A stretch of DNA of 64,000 bases from Gemmatimonadaceae bacterium (GTDB lineage Bacteria > Gemmatimonadota > Gemmatimonadetes > Gemmatimonadales > Gemmatimonadaceae). Location: NCBI GenBank assembly GCA_040901985.1, contig JBBDYC010000007.1, forward strand, positions 55,657 through 119,656. Direction: 5' to 3'. A model generated the notes under the pieces. That model was not told the DNA's origin and did no database searches. It worked only from the letters and a program-made list of their open reading frames with translations. Positions 59,298-64,000 of this stretch are shown piece after piece. Every line of letters starts with the position of its first letter. The stretch's first letter is position 1. Both the position numbers and the translations under genes were made by a program.

Positions 59298-59320
59298 CCC
59301 ATCTTCGAGGCGACCCAACC

Positions 59321-59524
59321 TCAGTCCGTTGCGCCGTGAACGGTAATGATTGTTACAGAGCCATTTCGAGGTGGGTGCTTCCTTCTCCGCACGCTCGGTT
59401 GCGACCTGTACATCGCGATTGCCTGAAGCATCTCGATGCGACTTAGGCGTCGATAGGCGAGCACGTTATACGTGAACGTTCTGGCCTCATCGATCATTGA
59501 CGTTCGCACGTTTGGACTCTGCAT
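59321..59524 (-). CDS. Small hypothetical protein (67 aa)
   Basis: ATG-started ORF co-oriented with its upstream neighbour, ending just before an attC-like site. Confidence 0.55.
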   Translation of the reverse strand: MQSPNVRTSMIDEARTFTYNVLAYRRLSRIEMLQAIAMYRSQPSVRRRKHPPRNGSVTIITVHGATD

Positions 59525-59566
59525 TGAAAGCCTCCCGGAAACGCAAGGAGTCGAGGTCGTGTGGGC

Positions 59567-59806
59567 CTACTTGTCGGCACGCTGCGAGAGTGCGCTCGCT
59601 GCAGCAGAGCGTTCGGCAGGTGTCGAGTGCGGGTCGCGGAGCACGGCTGACGCTCGCGACGCTGCGCGCTCACTCGTCACTTCGACCGCACTGCGATGTT
59701 GGGTGAGCGCACTCGCCGCCGCTGAACGTTCGGCTGAAGTGGACGCTTGGTTTGCGAGGACCCGAGCTGCGCGGGAAGCTGCAGTCCTACTGGTCTGCCT
59801 AGGCAT
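59567..59806 (-). CDS. Small two-repeat Ala/Ser/Arg-rich protein (79 aa)
   Basis: AGGAG RBS; TS..AASRA..VL....ST.AERSAAASAL(T/S)Q occurs twice. Confidence 0.75.
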   Translation of the reverse strand: MPRQTSRTAASRAARVLANQASTSAERSAAASALTQHRSAVEVTSERAASRASAVLRDPHSTPAERSAAASALSQRADK

Positions 59807-59893
59807 CGAATGGCTCCTGAAGGGGTCACCCGAATGGATAGCGAAACCGAATAAAGACCGCAAGTGCTTGTTCGCGTCCGTCGGCACGCCGAG

Positions 59894-59918
59894 CCGGTAG
59901 CGAGCGTCGTTATGCCGC
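59894..59918 (-). repeat. attC-like R'' half-site
   Basis: CCGGTAGCGAGCGTCGTTATGCCGC, near-identical to 58,799-58,822; contains the stop codon of the upstream gene. Confidence 0.55.
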
Positions 59919-60752
59919 TCCGTCCGCCAAACGCCCCACCGCATCTGAGAGCGTGTAGTGGACAAAACGCTTGCCGAGTTCGGTCAATACGTACGGCTTT
60001 TCATCGTCGAATGCAGTTTCCAGCGTCGCAGGTGCGGGGCCACGTCTCTTGGCGGGCCGCTTACGAACGAATTGTCCCAAGGCGTTGACGTCCCTCTCGT
60101 GGCGAATGACTCGGCCTATGCTGAGGTCACTGATCAGCATCTTGAATAAGTCGGCCTCGGCCGAGTCTTCTCGCGGTAGATCGCCGTAGAGCGTCGACCA
60201 GATGTCGAAGCGCGTAGCGCCGGGGTTCGCGTAGACGTGGCGAATCACCGCGAAGTGCGACTCGTGGTAGGTGTCCAGCCACTCGATGAACAGTCTTACG
60301 ACATCGTCAGCGGAGGCGCGAGTGCCCGCGGCGTTCGTAACAAGATTGGCGGCGTACCCACGCTTCTCGGCTGTGTCCGCGTTGTCCCATGTCTTGAACG
60401 TCTTGCGAACAATAGCAAGATACTCCTCGCTCTCCACACGTTCTGAAACCGTGTCGCCGAGGGTATCGAAGCGACGCTGCATCTCCTCGAGTGTCTCGCG
60501 AAGAATCCGAAGTTTGCGCTGGTGCTCCTCCAGCCACTTAGTGCGGAGATCGTCTGCGTGACCGGCGCGCTTCTCGCCAGGCACCGCAGCAGCGACGCTT
60601 AGGACTCCACCGACCCAGGGAATGCTCCCAAGGGCGGCGAGGACGACCTTCTCCGCAATCTGGCGCTTGCGCGATGGCGAAGTGCGCGCGAGCTCTTCAC
60701 GCAGCTTCGCGACGAACTCGTCGTCAGGCTCGATGTGAATCAAATCAGTCAT
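59910..60752 (-). CDS. Hypothetical cassette protein (possibly Abi-alpha-like)
   Basis: 280-aa ORF starting 12 nt after an R' box and stopping within an R'' box; ALGSIPWVG and LTELGKRFV. Confidence 0.75.
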   Translation of the reverse strand: MTDLIHIEPDDEFVAKLREELARTSPSRKRQIAEKVVLAALGSIPWVGGVLSVAAAVPGEKRAGHADDLRTKWLEEHQRKLRILRETLEEMQRRFDTLGDTVSERVESEEYLAIVRKTFKTWDNADTAEKRGYAANLVTNAAGTRASADDVVRLFIEWLDTYHESHFAVIRHVYANPGATRFDIWSTLYGDLPREDSAEADLFKMLISDLSIGRVIRHERDVNALGQFVRKRPAKRRGPAPATLETAFDDEKPYVLTELGKRFVHYTLSDAVGRLADGAA

Positions 60753-60764
60753 TCGCGCAGGTCG

Positions 60765-60898
60765 GCATCACGTCAGCTCCTGCTGCGGCCGTTCCAGTGA
60801 AATGCGGGTGGGCGGCCACGCCCCACCAACCCAAAATGAAGGCGTGGCCGCCCACCCGCTTCCGCACCCACGGCCGCCGGCAGCAAGCCTCGTTATAC
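60765..60898 (-). repeat. attC-like site with an internal 19-bp perfect inverted repeat
   Basis: Minus strand GTATAAC-GAGGCTTGCTGCCGGCGGCCGT ... ACGGCCGCAGCAGGAGCTGAC-GTGATGC; inverted repeat at 60804-60822 / 60841-60859. Confidence 0.7.
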
Positions 60899-61230
60899 CG
60901 CGTCGCTGCTACAGTGCGAGCAACGTTTGCCGCGCAGACGCTCGCTGATTAGTCTTCGGAAATGTCCCGAAGACACCCCGAACCGCGTCCGCCGTTGCAC
61001 TGGACCCATCGGCCCGCGAATGCCGATGGGCCAAGATGTGCGCGACGAACGCGAAGCTGTCGCGTGACCTGGGAGTTCTGCGTCTTGGTGGAAGCGCGTC
61101 AGATACTCGCGCGCAGGACTGCCGTTGGCAAGGGCTTCGCGCAACGGGCATTAAAGAGAGGTGAGTGCTGTGCCGAAGTACACCGGGCGCATCGGGAGGC
61201 TGTCGACTGCTGCAAACGACAGGCCGTTCA

Positions 61231-62856
61231 ATGACCAATATTCCCAGTACGCAGAAGCCGCCGGGCCGAAACGATCCTTGCCCGTGCGGAAGTGGAAGGA
61301 AATGGAAGAAGTGTCACGGAGCGGCGGTCCTAACTCATCGTTATGCCTCGGTTGACGACCAGTCTCTTGCGGAATTCGTCGAACGAGATCGCGCGCAGCA
61401 ACTGCAGCGCGAGAAGCAGCAGGGACTCGGAAGGCCGATCATTACCGCCGAGTTCCAAGGCTATCGCTTCGTGGCCGTTGGGTCGCAAGTCCTGTGGTCG
61501 AAAACTTGGCGCACGTTCCATGACTTTCTCTTTGAGTATCTCCCACGCGTCCTTGGAAGGGACTGGGGCTCTGAGGAGCTGAAGAAGCCACCGGCGTCTC
61601 AACACCCGTTGTTCCGCTTGTACGCGGCCGTAAGGGAGCTGCGCAGGGCTCACTGGGTACCGGAACGGTCCATACAAACTGCGACGATGACCGGTGCGTC
61701 GGCAGCGTACCTAGGTCTGGCGTACAACCTGTACTTGCTCGCGCACAACGCGGCACTTCAGGAGCATCTGATCAAGCGCCTCCGAAACGCGCACCAGTTC
61801 TGGCCTGCTCTCTATGAGACGTCGGTGGCGGCCTGGTTCATCCAAACGGGCTTCCAGCTAGCACTCGAGGAGGAAACAGGTATTACAACTACTCACTGCG
61901 AGTTTGTTGCGACGCACCGCGCTTCAGGGCGGTCGTTCTCCGTCGAGGCAAAGCATCGTCAGCCAAACAAACAGAAGTTCGGCGTCAGCAACCAGCTGCA
62001 CGCAGCCTTGAAGAAGGCGAGCACCCATCCGCGAATCGTCTTCATTGACGTCAATGTCGACGCCCGTGGCGCCGCATCGAGAGATCCGTACCAGGCGCTG
62101 CCCTGGTTGAAGGACGCCTTGGCCAGCATTCGCGGTCGAGAGGACAAGATGAAGATCGCCGGAGCGCCCGCGCCTCCGGCCTACGTTGTTGTCACGAGTG
62201 AGCCGTATGAGGCGTACTTGAACGCGCCATACGTTGGCTTGGCATTCGCTGCGGAGGGATTCAAAATCGCGGATTTCAAGATGGACTCTGCAATGACGAT
62301 TCGGGAAGCGCGGCTAGCGCGAGACTCGCATAGAGAGATCTATGACCTTCTCGCCTCGATGCTACGTCATCAAGAAATCCCTATGACCTTCGACGGCGAG
62401 ATTCCGGAGTTCGCGTTTGGTGATTCAGAGACACCTCGCCTTATCATCGGGAACAGATACTTGATTCCCGGACCCGACGGAAAGGAAGTGGTGGGCGTTC
62501 TCGAGTCCGCTACGGCGAATGCGAAAGCGTCGAATGCCATAGGCGTGTACCGCCTCGTCAACGGTCAGCGGGTTGTGGTGACGTGTCCTCTAACGCCGGC
62601 GGAGGTAGCCGCGTTCGAGCGGCATCCCGACACATTCTTCGGCGCGTACTCGCCGTCGTCCCGCCGCGCAAAGGATGCGCTCGACTTGTATGACTTCTTC
62701 TACGAGTCGTACAGCAAGTCCTCGCGGGAGCGCCTCTTAGAGTTCATGAAAGACCACCCGGATATTGACTTGCTTTCGGGGCTTTCTCAGGAAGAACTTG
62801 CCATCACCTACTGCGAGCGAATGGCGGATGCGGCGACTCGCAACGTGGGATCTTGA
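61231..62856 (+). CDS. SEC-C motif protein with a putative PD-(D/E)xK nuclease-like core
   Basis: PGRNDPCPCGSGRKWKKCHG; YE...CEFVA...VEAK. Confidence 0.75.
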   Translation: MTNIPSTQKPPGRNDPCPCGSGRKWKKCHGAAVLTHRYASVDDQSLAEFVERDRAQQLQREKQQGLGRPIITAEFQGYRFVAVGSQVLWSKTWRTFHDFLFEYLPRVLGRDWGSEELKKPPASQHPLFRLYAAVRELRRAHWVPERSIQTATMTGASAAYLGLAYNLYLLAHNAALQEHLIKRLRNAHQFWPALYETSVAAWFIQTGFQLALEEETGITTTHCEFVATHRASGRSFSVEAKHRQPNKQKFGVSNQLHAALKKASTHPRIVFIDVNVDARGAASRDPYQALPWLKDALASIRGREDKMKIAGAPAPPAYVVVTSEPYEAYLNAPYVGLAFAAEGFKIADFKMDSAMTIREARLARDSHREIYDLLASMLRHQEIPMTFDGEIPEFAFGDSETPRLIIGNRYLIPGPDGKEVVGVLESATANAKASNAIGVYRLVNGQRVVVTCPLTPAEVAAFERHPDTFFGAYSPSSRRAKDALDLYDFFYESYSKSSRERLLEFMKDHPDIDLLSGLSQEELAITYCERMADAATRNVGS

Positions 62857-62980
62857 CGTACGCCTGCAACGTGCGCTGGCAAGTCCGCGATGTCGATGCG
62901 AGAGAGATGTCTGACGCTCCGAGACTGCATAGGAAAGTTGGCATACATCGATAGCGGCGCGCAATGCGAAAACGTAGCCG

Positions 62981-63097
62981 ACCTCACGTATACTTCTGAT
63001 GCGAATGTTGGGCATCTGCGGGCGGTCTGTAGAGTTGAGCAGCGACCACACAATCCTCTACCGCATCCGCGCTCTTCGGCAACAAGTGTCCCGATTC
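62981..63097 (-). repeat. Degenerate attC-like site
   Basis: Plus strand ACCTCACGTATACTTCTGATGCG ... CGGCAACAAGTGTC resembles the other sites; ~20 nt after the HNH gene stop. Confidence 0.4.
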
Positions 63098-63116
63098 CGC
63101 ACGCGCGAGACTGGAA

Positions 63117-63926
63117 TCAGCTTCTGTCCAGCTCTCTCACGTACCGCTTCGTTCCCGCGCTCCGTCGGATCGCTCTGACACAGTAGGCCGCGCTGCCCAG
63201 AACCTCCTGCCCCGAGGCATTTCCCGATTCGACGAGAAGGCTGACCGCCGGATTCAGCCTTCGCGGTGGCCAGGCCAGCTGGGATGCGAGAAGGGTCATC
63301 TCAACCAAGTCCGACGTAGCCGCGACAAGAGCGCGTGCCACTTCTGAGGCATCAGTTACCGGATCCCAATCACGGAAGAGCGGATCGGTCTCCCAAAAGA
63401 AGCGGTTGGTTGCGTAGATGTAGTCACGGGAGCCGCCAATCTCGATGAGCGAGTACAGGCGCAACTCATCGACAGCAATCTCAGAGTCCTCCGGAGTGAG
63501 GCCAGTCGCTGCCTCGATGGCGTCCAAGCGCAACTGGGGATCGAATTTGTGGCCATTCAGGGAAGTCGCATTGATGTGCGCAGCGAGCTTGAGGGCCTCC
63601 GGCGAGAGACGCGCCGAGGTGCTGGTGGGTTCAAGGGCCCGCCGCTGAAGATTTAGGAAGCTGTAAAGCTCTTCGCGGTAGCGGCTCAGCTCATCAGGCG
63701 TAAATCCCTTCGACTGGCTGCGCCTAGTGTCGTACTCGTCATGATGATCGAGACACAGCCAAGCGAGGTTGTGGAGCGCGTTATTCGATGCGTCGCGATC
63801 GACGTGAGCAATCTGGCCCTGACGTGGCCGTGACTGACCGTTCAAGCCAAAGCATAGAGCACAGCGCCGACGGCTCAACGTGAGGAGGTCAGTCTCTACG
63901 GACTTTGGTGTGTGAGCCCTAGGCAC
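63117..63926 (-). CDS. HNH-like nuclease domain protein
   Basis: CALC...QIAHVD...NN..HNLAWLCLDHHD at the N-terminus; helical C-terminal region. Confidence 0.75.
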   Translation of the reverse strand: MPRAHTPKSVETDLLTLSRRRCALCFGLNGQSRPRQGQIAHVDRDASNNALHNLAWLCLDHHDEYDTRRSQSKGFTPDELSRYREELYSFLNLQRRALEPTSTSARLSPEALKLAAHINATSLNGHKFDPQLRLDAIEAATGLTPEDSEIAVDELRLYSLIEIGGSRDYIYATNRFFWETDPLFRDWDPVTDASEVARALVAATSDLVEMTLLASQLAWPPRRLNPAVSLLVESGNASGQEVLGSAAYCVRAIRRSAGTKRYVRELDRS

Positions 63927-64000
63927 GTGATGAAAGTCGGGGAAGTCGGTATAGAAGTTATGACTGGGCTGGCCCCCCGATCCCTCGTGGGTTAGCTCCT

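Noticed and set aside
60893..61238. Minus-strand ORFs ending at the attC R'' box
   Set aside because: Overlapping short frames with no recognisable product; may be a decayed cassette gene but cannot be supported.

Overview
High-GC bacterial chromosome segment; the gene content and style suggest Gemmatimonadota (inference). Positions 1 to ~47,900 are core genome. They hold a type IVa pilus locus (pilB end, pilT, pilC, pilS/pilR, a sigma54-driven pilin, minor pilins, pilMNOPQ) with an embedded glycosylation trio, a complete ccmABCDEFGH operon, and housekeeping genes (infA, arfB, aroC/aroK, topA, trmFO, xerC, hslVU, argF, gcvT). From ~48,000 the sequence is visibly less GC-rich and accessory. 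It contains a 23-aa peptide gene followed by a membrane HD-GYP gene, an IS5-family element, a truncated gene, an MmeI-like restriction-modification enzyme, and a minus-strand array of genes separated by attC-like hairpins (integron-cassette-like; no integron integrase in the window). The best candidate for an undescribed system is a tightly coupled three-gene operon at 54,986-58,605, apparently carried as one cassette. It encodes an ImmA/IrrE-type peptidase fused to a Macro domain, a P-loop kinase fused to an adenylosuccinate-synthetase homolog with the PurZ-type Asp-to-Ser change, and a DarT-like ADP-ribosyltransferase. All family assignments are by motif recognition; no searches were run.
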